The position numbers and the translations under genes are program-made. Positions 43,645 through 52,413 of a DNA stretch of 64,000 bases are shown one piece after another. Each line of letters begins with the position of its first letter. Position 1 is the first letter of the stretch. Origin of the DNA: an uncultured Phycisphaerales bacterium. GTDB taxonomy: Bacteria > Planctomycetota > Phycisphaerae > Tepidisphaerales > Tepidisphaeraceae. Under the pieces are notes generated by a model. That model saw only the letters and a program-made list of their open reading frames with translations, did not search any database and was not told the DNA's origin. The DNA lies in contig CAVWLP010000002.1 in the NCBI GenBank assembly GCA_963755915.1, positions 4,704,001-4,768,000 on the forward strand, in the 5' to 3' direction.

Positions 43645-44022
43645 CTAGATCTCTTTGGCTTTTTTAATCAGCACCCGCGTCGGCTTATTCTTTTTGTCCA
43701 CAAAGACCACGCGCTGCTCTACCTTGGCCGCCTCCGCGCGGGTCAATTGCTCCAGCGCGAAGATGATCACCTGATCGCCCGGATGAAACAGCCGCGCCGG
43801 GCAGCCGTTCAGGCAAATCTGGCCCGACTTCGCCTTTCCGGGAATAATGTAAGTCTCCCAGTGGGCGGCGTTGGCCAGGCTGTTAATGTGCACGAGTTGA
43901 AACGGCACCATCCCCGCGGCGGCCATCAGGGCCGAATCAATTGTGATGCTCCCTTCATATTCGAGCTTGGCCTCGGTTACCCAAACGCGATGGAGCTTAC
44001 CCGTACAAACGCTAATCGACAT
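43645..44022 (-). CDS. panD: aspartate 1-decarboxylase family protein (divergent)
   Basis: K9-L-H11-R12, G24-S25 self-cleavage site, T57-Y58, ICLNG; position 54 is His. Confidence 0.85.
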   Translation of the reverse strand: MSISVCTGKLHRVWVTEAKLEYEGSITIDSALMAAAGMVPFQLVHINSLANAAHWETYIIPGKAKSGQICLNGCPARLFHPGDQVIIFALEQLTRAEAAKVEQRVVFVDKKNKPTRVLIKKAKEI

Positions 44023-44049
44023 ATACCGATATATTAGGGGCACCAGGCG

Positions 44050-45339
44050 TCAAACGGAAATCGGAGCAGAAAGTGCCCGTAGAATGGAGTTAACAACGCC
44101 TGGCCAGTCGCCCGCCGAGCTCTGGCGGAAGAGTCGCATCGTCGGATACCACGGCGAATCGTCCCGGGCCAAGAGCCATCGCCAATCGGCCGCATGGGCC
44201 AGCATCAACCAGACGCGAGTGCCCAGCGCTCCTGCAAGATGGGGAATCAGCGTGTCAACGGAGATCACCAGATCCATATTCGCTATCAAGCCCGCGGTCT
44301 GGCTGAGATCGGTTAACCGATCCGCGTGACTCCGCATCATCATCCCATTCGGCAAATCAAGCCGTTCTTCTGCCGCCGGCCCGATTTGAAGACTGTGATA
44401 CTCAATCCCTGGCACCTGGCCGAGCGGGATCAGCTCGGGCAGGGCTATGGATCTGTGGCGATTAAATTGATGCTCGGCCCTTCCGGCCCAGGCCAGGCCC
44501 ACGCGAATTTTCCCGTCTTTGGGGCCCAGAATTTCGCGCCACTTCTCCATTAGCGCCGGGTCCGGATGGAAATAGGGAATCTGCCGCGGAATCGACTCCA
44601 CCCGCGTCCCAAAAATCCCCGGCAGCGACATCAGATGGCAATAGAGATCAAACTTCGGCAGCGCCTCCCGAAACGGCACAACCGCCGAAACCTCCTCAAT
44701 CGCCGAGAAGAGCCGGCACAATTCCGGCTGACAGACCAGAATGATTTTCCCACCTCGCGCCGCCACCATCGGGACATAACGAACAAACTGAATCGCATCC
44801 CCCAGCCCCTGTTCGGCGATGAGCAAAATCGTCCTGCCCTCCAGCTCTTCCCCCTTCCACGCGACGCCCGGACATTTAGGCGTTGACGGCTCGCAATGCC
44901 GCCATTCATATTCCGCCCAACCCCGCTCAAAATCCCCGCGCGCGAGCAGCGCCAGGGCAAGATTCCAGTGAGCCTGCGAGCAATCCGGATTCAGCTCAAT
45001 CGCCCGCTCGTACGCGCCAATTGCGTCGGTGATTTTTCCGACGGCCACCAAGGCATTTCCCAGATTGCACTGAACATCGGAAAACCCCGGAGACAATTCA
45101 ACAGCTCGCCCATAGGTCGCGACCGCCCCATCAAAATCTCCTCGCGAATAAAGGGCATTTCCGCGATGAAAATCCACCTCCCCCATGAGCCGCAGGGCTG
45201 GTGCAAATCCCGGTCGCTCCTTCAGCACCCGCCGGCAAACCTCCGCCGCCCTCGTCACGTCCCCGGCTTCAAATTGCCCCCGCGCAATACAAACCGCCTG
45301 ATCAGGCGAGACCGGCAGATCGAATCCGTTCAATGCCAT
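44050..45339 (-). CDS. TPR + GT9-like glycosyltransferase
   Basis: TPRs; GW.EYEWR, EQGLGDAIQFVRY, VGLAWAG, DLVISVDT..HLAGALG, WRW, SPWYP. Confidence 0.9.
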   Translation of the reverse strand: MALNGFDLPVSPDQAVCIARGQFEAGDVTRAAEVCRRVLKERPGFAPALRLMGEVDFHRGNALYSRGDFDGAVATYGRAVELSPGFSDVQCNLGNALVAVGKITDAIGAYERAIELNPDCSQAHWNLALALLARGDFERGWAEYEWRHCEPSTPKCPGVAWKGEELEGRTILLIAEQGLGDAIQFVRYVPMVAARGGKIILVCQPELCRLFSAIEEVSAVVPFREALPKFDLYCHLMSLPGIFGTRVESIPRQIPYFHPDPALMEKWREILGPKDGKIRVGLAWAGRAEHQFNRHRSIALPELIPLGQVPGIEYHSLQIGPAAEERLDLPNGMMMRSHADRLTDLSQTAGLIANMDLVISVDTLIPHLAGALGTRVWLMLAHAADWRWLLARDDSPWYPTMRLFRQSSAGDWPGVVNSILRALSAPISV

Positions 45340-45384
45340 GGAGGGAATATCATGTGGCTAAACCAGTCCCGACGCCAGAGGAGG

Positions 45385-45478
45385 TGTGAAGGTGCGAAAA
45401 GTATGAAAGGTGCGAACGTAAGAACGTCCGTCTCATACCTTTCATACCTTTCGCACCTTTCGCACTTTCGCACCTCCC
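45385..45478. repeat. imperfect palindrome built of short tandem units
   Basis: GAAGGTGCGAAAAGTATGAAAGGTGCGAA ... CATACCTTTCATACCTTTCGCACCTTTCGCACTTTCGCACC; related units near 54529-54558. Confidence 0.6.
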
Positions 45479-45492
45479 GCTTTCCCCCCCAC

Positions 45493-45521
45493 TTGACCAC
45501 TACCATTCATTGCGCTATACT
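45493..45521 (+). promoter_or_regulatory. sigma70 promoter, leaderless padR
   Basis: TTGACC, 17 nt, TATACT; ATG follows 6 nt later. Confidence 0.7.
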
Positions 45522-45527
45522 ACGCCA

Positions 45528-45881
45528 ATGAGTACAGGACCAGCATCCGTCCGTTCCTGGGCCGCGCAGATGCGAAAAGGCCTGATCGAGCTGTGCGTCA
45601 TGGCCGCCCTCCGCGGCGGAGAGGCCTACGGCTACCAGATCCTTCAGCGCCTCTCGCGTGCCGAGGCACTCACGATCAGCGAAAGCGCGGTCTACCCCAT
45701 CCTCGCGCGGCTCGCCGCCGAGGGAATGGTCAAGGTCCGCGAAGGACCCAGCCCCAACGGACCGCCGCGCAGGTATTACCGCCTCACCACCCAGGGCGAG
45801 GCCCGTCTTGCCGAGATGGCGGAGCATTGGCGTCAGACCCGCAAGGCAATCGACGTGTTTTTTAATGGAGACCGAACATGA
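45528..45881 (+). CDS. PadR family transcriptional regulator
   Basis: QMRKGLIEL, YGYQI, VYPILARL, GPPRRYYRLT..G. Confidence 0.93.
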   Translation: MSTGPASVRSWAAQMRKGLIELCVMAALRGGEAYGYQILQRLSRAEALTISESAVYPILARLAAEGMVKVREGPSPNGPPRRYYRLTTQGEARLAEMAEHWRQTRKAIDVFFNGDRT

Positions 45882-47210
45882 GCCCCGATCAAAATCAGTC
45901 GCCAAATCAGTCCCAGAAGACTCCCGAGACAACCCCGCAGGAACGAATCGCGCAATTCATCGCCGCCGTCGAGCGCAGTCTTTCCGAGGCTGGCGTTTCC
46001 AACGACGAGCGGCAAAACGTCACCGCCGACCTGCGCGTGCAGATCGAAGAAATGCTCACCACCCGCACCGAGGGAAAGACGCCAACCCTTGAGGACGTTC
46101 AGGCCGTCCTCTCCGAGCTCGATCCGCCAGAATCCTACAGCGAAACCGCTGCCGGCGAATCCGCACCCGCTTCCGAATCGCAAAAATCGCAGCAAACCCA
46201 GGAATCCTGCTGCGGTCCGCGCGATGGGCGATCTCGAGGGCATAGCCATCACCGCGGTCACTGGGGAGGAAAATGGTTCTGGCGCCGCCGGCACGTCGCC
46301 CAGGCGATCCGCCAGGCCATCGGATCATTCAGCCCCCAATTCAGTCCACTGGGCAATCCCCTTTTCGCCGGCTTCACCCACCGCTCGCGCCGCCCTCGCC
46401 ATCGCCAAAAACGAGGCCCGATCCATGGGCCACGAATACATCGGCACCGAGCACCTGCTCCTGGGCCTCCTCCTCGAAGGCACCGGCATCGCCGCCAAAG
46501 TCCTTGCCGACCTCGGCGTCACCGCCGACGCCGCCCGCCAGGAAATCGCCCGCCTGGTTCCCCCCGGCACATCCGCCGTCACCGCCGAGCGGCTTCCCCT
46601 CACCCCGCGCCTTCGCCAGGCGATCGAAGAAGCCCGCGTGGCCGCCCGAAATCTCCACCACGATTTCCTCGGCACCGAGCACCTTCTCATGGGGTTGATG
46701 GATGTCCCCGGCGTAGCCGCCGAAAGCCTTAAAACTCTGGGCCTCACTTCACAGCAGGTAAAAGACGCCATCCTCCAGCGCATCCCGGCCTGGACCGAAG
46801 ACACCGCCCCCGCCGGCGGCTTCACCTACTGGCCCGCCAGCGCCGCCAAAACCCTCACCATCGGCAAAAACCAATATCGAATCATCGCCAGCGGCGCCGA
46901 CACCGGCGGCTTCTACGCGGCCGTCGAAGCAAACCTCTCCGAGCCCGACGGCCTCGGCACCCGCACCCTTCCGCGCGACGACATCTCGATCTACGTTCTC
47001 GAAGGCTCTCTCCAGCTCCGCCTCGACCAGCGAACCATCGCCCTGAGCAAAGGCGATTTCGCCCGAATCCCCCGCGGCACACCACACGAAATCACACCGC
47101 TGGAATCTGGCGCACGAGCGATGCTGATCGGCACCTCAGCCGGTTTCGAAAAGCTTCTCGGCGCCATGGCCAAAGCCCCCGCGCCCAGGCAATGCGCCAG
47201 GCGGCGATAA
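45878..47210 (+). CDS. HAAS-like + Clp N-terminal repeat + cupin fusion protein (frameshift near 46385)
   Basis: V...L.ELDPPESY; FT.R[shift]AR.AL.IA..EA...GHEYIGTEHLLLGLL and HDFLGTEHLL; DTGG...YVLEG...IPRGTPH. Confidence 0.7.
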
Positions 47211-47300
47211 GCTATGGCGTAATCTTTGAATCGAATTGACCGCCGCAGGCCGATGCGGCGCCACAAGTGAAGTGAAACTTCTCTAACGCCCGCAAGCGGT

Positions 47301-48218
47301 TCAGGCGCGGCGGAGGCGACGCCGACCCATCAGTGCGCCGAAGCCCACCAGCACAGCGAGGCTTGCCGGCTCGGGAACGATGGCGTTGATCTGGGCATTG
47401 GTGGCGTTTGCGCCGGCAGAACCGAGCGCGGTAATCTGCGCGGGCGACAGCGCTTGCGAGTAGATGCGAAAATCATTGGTGGCTCCCATGAAATCGGGAT
47501 CGCCGAAAGCATCGCCGCCGCCGATTCCGTCGTAGGACGTGCCACCGCCGTTAGCGGCCTCCTGCAAGCTGAAACCCGTACCCACGTTCCCCGAGGCCAG
47601 CAACGTACCGTCGTTGTAAATCGAGGCGATGCCCGTGGACGAGACGTACGTCAGAACGATCTGCAATTCCGTACCGAAATTACCATTAACCTTGAAAGTG
47701 GTTCCTGGTGCATTGATGTTCACTTCCGTACCGGCGCCACCGTTGGTAACTCCCGGCTGGTCAAAATCGGCAGTCGTGCCAGTGCCGTTGCGATTGGGAT
47801 TCAAAAGGATGAAATTGTTCGTCGCCAGGTTATTGGGCCCTGGGAGAGTGGGCGTCGCTGAGGACAGGCTGAATATCGAGGTAAAAGCTGTCTCAGAACC
47901 AGTCTGCGTCAGCCAATCCTCGATGGAAAAGTCCCCCGTGACGCCAGCGCCGACAGTGGATGGCAACGAGAGGTAATCCGTGTTGTTCGCATTGGTGGTG
48001 CTTACTACGGTGCCGGCTGCAAAACTGGCCGTTCCATCGGGATCAAGCAGAGTTCCGTTGGCCCCGCCAACCGAATCCACCCCGTCGCCGTTTGCCATAT
48101 ATCGATTGACGAGCGCGGCGTTGGCTGATGCCAAGGGCATTGCCGCGATAGCCAGCGCGAGCCAGGTCGTTGATTTGAGTAAAGCCCAATCAAAACTCTG
48201 TCTGTTATTCCGTTGCAT
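47301..48218 (-). CDS. PEP-CTERM protein with LamG/concanavalin-like domain
   Basis: Signal peptide; DFSIE.W, IYNDG, DFRIYSQALS..QI; VPEPASL-TM-RRR. Confidence 0.9.
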   Translation of the reverse strand: MQRNNRQSFDWALLKSTTWLALAIAAMPLASANAALVNRYMANGDGVDSVGGANGTLLDPDGTASFAAGTVVSTTNANNTDYLSLPSTVGAGVTGDFSIEDWLTQTGSETAFTSIFSLSSATPTLPGPNNLATNNFILLNPNRNGTGTTADFDQPGVTNGGAGTEVNINAPGTTFKVNGNFGTELQIVLTYVSSTGIASIYNDGTLLASGNVGTGFSLQEAANGGGTSYDGIGGGDAFGDPDFMGATNDFRIYSQALSPAQITALGSAGANATNAQINAIVPEPASLAVLVGFGALMGRRRLRRA

Positions 48219-48913
48219 TTCTCTCCTCGCTTTCGAGATATGGCCAAAAGACGCGATCTTTAAATTCGCCCTTTATCAGGTGCGGCATTGCCCGCACCTT
48301 GCATCCCACCTACCGACCGCAATGCGGAACTTCTTTGAGCCTTGTCTTTTTGATCTCCCGACCGTCCGCTCCAACGGAGTCCAATAAACCGGCCCATATT
48401 GAGGTCGAACTAATGTGAATTTCCGCCGGAACTAATTCTCTCTCCCGCCAAAACTCACACAAAGAGAGTATCAACTATTGATACATTTGCAAGTACATTC
48501 TGGCCTCATTAAGCAATATTTTTGACCAGGTTTGATACTACATTTGCCCGACTGCGAAGGTCCGTCTTTTGGCTTGCAATGGTGAATCCGATTGACGTTA
48601 GATCGACCCCCGGTTGCGCAAAATCGTGGACCTATAATCGAACGGCAAGATAACGATATATCAAAGGCCTGAAGGAACGCAAAAGGGGTAACGATCGCTT
48701 CACGAGATAACCGCACTCGCGCCGTACCTGTTTACCGTTCCGCGTCTGCCGAATACTCCAAGTCGAGCTTTTGATTGGCTTCATAAGCGCCGGGCCGACG
48801 GTATTGGGCCGTGCGAATCAGGCGCGCCGGGATTCCTTAGCGATCTCTGCGCTCCCCACGGTAAGTTCTCCCCCCGCCAAACCTCGATAACCCAAAATCG
48901 CCCCATCTTCCCC

Positions 48914-48944
48914 TTGACATTCCACCCAATAGGTGTATATACAC
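48914..48944 (+). promoter_or_regulatory. sigma70 promoter with palindromic operator
   Basis: TTGACA at 48914; perfect palindrome GTGTATATACAC (48933-48944) over the -10; ATG at 48950. Confidence 0.75.
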
Positions 48945-48949
48945 ATAGT

Positions 48950-49417
48950 ATGGCCGATGAACCTCAAAACAGCGACCGCCAGGCCCTGCTCGAAGCGGCA
49001 CAATCCTGCCTCTGCCAGAACGCCCGCACGGCGGCCCGGGTGCTGACGCGCTTCTACGACCGCTATTTCGCCGGCACCGGCATCGAGCCGACACAGTTTA
49101 ACCTTCTTGTCGCTATCCGTCTGATGGAACCCGTTTCCCTGGTCCGCCTGGCCGATCGGCTCGCCCTGGAGCGCACGACTCTCACGCGAAACCTGGCGAT
49201 CCTCCAGCGAAAGGGAATTGTCCAGATTGCCACCGGCGCGGACGCACGTAAGCGTCTCCTCTCCCTCACACCCCTGGGCCGCACCCTTCTCAAGCGGTCG
49301 CTGTCGCGATGGAAAGAGGCCCAGCAGGCGGCCATCTCGGCCCTGGGCAACGAAAACTCAAAAAAATTCTCCGATGCGTTTTCCCTCATCAACAAACTCA
49401 ATCTGAAAGGAGATTGA
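48950..49417 (+). CDS. MarR family transcriptional regulator
   Basis: CLCQNARTAAR, TQFNLL, ERTTLTRNL, DAR...LT..G. Confidence 0.92.
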   Translation: MADEPQNSDRQALLEAAQSCLCQNARTAARVLTRFYDRYFAGTGIEPTQFNLLVAIRLMEPVSLVRLADRLALERTTLTRNLAILQRKGIVQIATGADARKRLLSLTPLGRTLLKRSLSRWKEAQQAAISALGNENSKKFSDAFSLINKLNLKGD

Positions 49418-49418
49418 T

Positions 49419-50120
49419 ATGAGCACCACACCCGAAAGCCGCACCAGCCTTCAAACCGCCGGCGTGTTTGTCTACAGCCTTATCGCCGCGTGGTTCATCT
49501 TCGCCGTGACGATGGCTGCGACAGGCCAGTACGCCATCAACCCCACCCGTCCCCCACTGGTGTTCGGTTTGAGCGTCGCCGTCCCGATCCTCTTTTTCCT
49601 GATCGCCTACCGCCTGGACGGCCCCATCCGGCGCGTCGCCCAATGCCTCGATATGAGAGTCGTCGTTCTCGCCCACGTCTGGCGAATCGCGGCCCTGAAT
49701 TTCATTCTCGCTGCCGCCCAGGGCCGCCTTCCCATGGGCTTCGCCCTTCCCGCCGGCCTCGGCGACATGATCACCGCCCTGGCCGCGATCCCCATCGCCT
49801 TTGGCATCTCAAAAAATCTGCCTTCCATCCGAAGCTGGTTCATCGCCTGGAACCTCTTCGGCCTGCTCGACCTGGCCAACGCCGTCACCCAGGGAATCCT
49901 CCATTCCAGTAGCACCTTCGGCATCCTCACCGGCGCCGGCCCGACAACCTATCTGATGACCGTGCTCCCTCGGTCCCTGGTCCCCACCTTCCTGGTCCCG
50001 CTCTTCATCCTTCTGCACATGCTCGCGCTCTCTCGCCGCTCGGAGGTTCCGTCAACCGTATCGCAGCCGAAAAGCGAGCTCACGACCCCATGCGGATTCA
50101 TCCGATCCCTCGTCGCATGA
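49419..50120 (+). CDS. membrane protein commonly paired with MarR
   Basis: About six TM segments; H.WR, LP.GFALPAG.GD, WNLFGLLD, P.F.VP. Confidence 0.75.
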   Translation: MSTTPESRTSLQTAGVFVYSLIAAWFIFAVTMAATGQYAINPTRPPLVFGLSVAVPILFFLIAYRLDGPIRRVAQCLDMRVVVLAHVWRIAALNFILAAAQGRLPMGFALPAGLGDMITALAAIPIAFGISKNLPSIRSWFIAWNLFGLLDLANAVTQGILHSSSTFGILTGAGPTTYLMTVLPRSLVPTFLVPLFILLHMLALSRRSEVPSTVSQPKSELTTPCGFIRSLVA

Positions 50121-50146
50121 TGAGTTAGCGCCCTTCCACAAAATCC

Positions 50147-50190
50147 CTTGGCGTTCTTGGCGGTTATAAAGAATTTTTTAACCGCCAAGA
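50147..50190. repeat. REP-like palindrome interrupted by the IS (continues 51676-51693)
   Basis: CTTGGCGTTCTTGGCGGTT ... AACCGCCAAGA|CGCCAAGAGCGCCAAG. Confidence 0.75.
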
Positions 50191-50301
50191 AACTATGAAG
50201 CCGAGCCTTTCTCGGGACGTGAACGGGGTCAAAATGCCCCAAGTATGAACGAGCGTACCGCGTAGGTCGCTCAAACGTCTTTTTTGAGAAAGGACTCGGC
50301 A

Positions 50302-51345
50302 ATGCGAATTCTCGCTTTGGACCTGGGAAAGAACAAGAGCGTTTTTGTGGATTATGTCACCGGCGGTGGAGAAAGAACGTTCGGCAAGATCGGCACCAAT
50401 GCCCACGAGGTGCAAAAACTACTCGAGCGGGTGCGTCCGGATCGACTGGTCATCGAGGCCGGTCCGGCGGCAGGATGGGTTTGTGATCTGGCGGAGCGGA
50501 ACAATGTTCCCGTCCAGGTGGCCAATGGCAACGATGAACGCTGGCGCTGGAAGACGGTGAAGGAGAAGAGTGATCGTAAAGACGCGCTGAAGATGGCGGC
50601 GATGTCGGAGATGGATTCGCTGCCGACGGTGCACGTGCCCAAGGCATCGGTTCGGCAGTGGCGTTCATTGATTGAATACAGACACGGCCTGGTGGATCGC
50701 CGCACGGCGCTCAAGAACTCGATCCGATCAATCTACGAGCGGCAGGGTTTGTATTTGCCCTCGGCGACCAAGGCGTGGACGAAAGCGCGACTGGAGGAAA
50801 TGAGGAAGGAAGCAGCGGCCGCATCGGCGGAAGATCTGTGGCTGTTTCAGATCGGTTGTGAGGTGGCGCAACTGGAGCACCTGGAGAAGCAGATCGAAAC
50901 TGTCGAAAGCAAGCTTCAGGAGTTGGGCCAGGCCAACAAAGCGGTGAAACGATTGCAGGAGGTGCCCGGCGTTGGTCCGCGGCTGAGCGAGGCGGTGGCG
51001 GTGATCATTGATGATCCCAGGCGATTCAAGAATGCACGTCAGGTGGGATGTTACGTGGGTCTGACGCCGCGGCGCTGGCAGAGCGGCGACAGCGATCGCC
51101 AGGGGCGGATCAGCAAGGCAGGCAACGCGCTGCTGCGGGAGTTGCTGGTGGAGGTGGCGTGGCTGGGGGTTCATCGCAATACGTGGATGAAGGACGTGTA
51201 CGAGAGGGTTCTACGTGACAGCGAGAAGCGCAAGAAGATCGCGATTGTTGCGGTAGCCAGGAGATTACTGGTGAAGCTGTGGGCGATGCTGCGGGACGGA
51301 ACCCGATGGAGAGAACCCCAGCGATCGCTGACGGCGGCCACTTGA
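50302..51345 (+). CDS. IS110 family transposase (DEDD RuvC-like + Tnp20 domain)
   Basis: ILALDLGK, VIEAG, KSDRKDA, PGVGP, YVGLTP...QSG, ISKAGN..LR, AIVAVARRL; AAGGA RBS; frame intact. Confidence 0.95.
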   Translation: MRILALDLGKNKSVFVDYVTGGGERTFGKIGTNAHEVQKLLERVRPDRLVIEAGPAAGWVCDLAERNNVPVQVANGNDERWRWKTVKEKSDRKDALKMAAMSEMDSLPTVHVPKASVRQWRSLIEYRHGLVDRRTALKNSIRSIYERQGLYLPSATKAWTKARLEEMRKEAAAASAEDLWLFQIGCEVAQLEHLEKQIETVESKLQELGQANKAVKRLQEVPGVGPRLSEAVAVIIDDPRRFKNARQVGCYVGLTPRRWQSGDSDRQGRISKAGNALLRELLVEVAWLGVHRNTWMKDVYERVLRDSEKRKKIAIVAVARRLLVKLWAMLRDGTRWREPQRSLTAAT

Positions 51346-51655
51346 AAATCGAAAAGGCGATGACTGTCCCGACAAGTCGGTACAGGCGATGGAGTATCTC
51401 CCCTCCGGAAGACACCGTGTCAGAAAGCCGTTGTCTTCTGTGCAGGGGATTGAGTAGAGTTGAAGTGAAGTGGAATTGACGCGTTCGTGCAGGTTGAATG
51501 AGCAAGGCCAGACCCCGGTTGGCGTCTTAAGCTTCAAAGCTTGCCGCTAAGAATAGGGCTGGCCATTTGTACAGTTGAATAGGCCCGCCGCCAGGCGAGA
51601 GCACTGAATAGAAGGCTCACCCAATCGACCGCATGAGCGATCAACGCCCCTTGAC
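51346..51655 (+). ncRNA. predicted bridge/seek RNA of the IS1111-type element (boundaries approximate)
   Basis: Hairpin-rich non-coding end; loop 51506-51564 carries guides matching both target flanks. Confidence 0.75.
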
Positions 51656-51706
51656 AAGGCTCGGCTCATAGAAGACGCCAAGAGCGCCAAGAAATGAGGA
51701 GTTTTG

Positions 51707-51808
51707 CCCCACATAAATCAGATGGAAATCAGATTTTCAGACTGAATTATCTGTGTGCATCTGATTTCAATCTGACTTCGGCGAGCTCAGTCGAGGCGTG
51801 GCAAATCT
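51707..51808. repeat. nested palindromic repeats
   Basis: CAGATGGAAATCAGAT / ATCTGATTTCAATCTG inverted pair plus CTTCGGCGAGCTCAGTCGAG REP-like unit. Confidence 0.5.
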
Positions 51809-51819
51809 GCATTTCTGCG

Positions 51820-52098
51820 CTAAGGCTCTACTTTAAGCGCCACGTGCTGGACTTCGCGGGCGTATTTGATCGCGCGCTGAACAATCTCCGATCGTTCCTC
51901 CACCGACACCGGTGATTGGCTTCTATCGGGATTGATCCAGCTCTGAATCGAGTCCGTGTAAATCTGATAGTCACTCGACCATGTCCACGTCATCGAAACC
52001 CGCCGCCCCGATTCAATATACGTCAGCGTCTCGCCGCGAAAGTCGGCGTCGAAGTCATACTGATCGGTAAACCGATATGGCTGGGCGGATTCGCTCAT
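51820..52098 (-). CDS. small hypothetical protein, Imm74-like immunity protein candidate
   Basis: LTY.E.GR...IY.DSI.SW......VS.EER.EI pattern. Confidence 0.5.
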   Translation of the reverse strand: MSESAQPYRFTDQYDFDADFRGETLTYIESGRRVSMTWTWSSDYQIYTDSIQSWINPDRSQSPVSVEERSEIVQRAIKYAREVQHVALKVEP

Positions 52099-52227
52099 GG
52101 ATCTGATCATAGCCCGCGGAAGGTGAAAGCTGCCTGAGGGATTTGCACCGACACCCGCTGTCGCGACGTCACCTGCCGCAAGTGCATCATTGTAAGTTCC
52201 GGCTGGCGAAAACCAATGAATGTCTGT

Positions 52228-52413
52228 CACCGTCGCAGACTCGAAGCTCACTCCAGTCGGTGCAACGACCCGGCTCATAATTCCGTCGAAAGGCATGCGT
52301 GCGGCGACACCTTGAAGCCGACCCTTGTTCGGTTCCACCGTCGCCCGCATGGCGGTCATACCGGCCTTGTCCTTTGGGGTAACGGGATGAGTCGTAGAAT
52401 ATCCGTCGCTCAT
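52228..52413 (-). pseudogene. truncated N-terminus of an alpha/beta hydrolase (esterase)
   Basis: AAGGAG RBS; HPV...D..M.AMR..VEPNKGRLQGVAAR.PFD.IM..V.AP.GV.FE..TV then resemblance ends; no HGG or GxSxG. Confidence 0.5.

Larger units (their letters stand above)
50191..51675 (+). mobile_element. IS110 family insertion sequence, IS1111 subgroup (about 1.48 kb)
   Basis: Subterminal IRs CTATGAAGCCGAGCCTT (50193-50209) / AAGGCTCGGCTCATAG (51656-51671); AAGA core at both junctions; TTGACA at 51651; long 3' non-coding end. Confidence 0.9.

Noticed and set aside
45385-45478. Short tandem repeats here and at 54298-54558 and 63140-63266 as CRISPR arrays
   Set aside because: Units are 7-10 nt with no unique spacers and there are no cas genes.
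48220-48900. Long AT-richer spacers (also 4200-4800) as riboswitch or sRNA
   Set aside because: I could not recognise any conserved aptamer motif or credible ORF; an Rfam scan would be needed.
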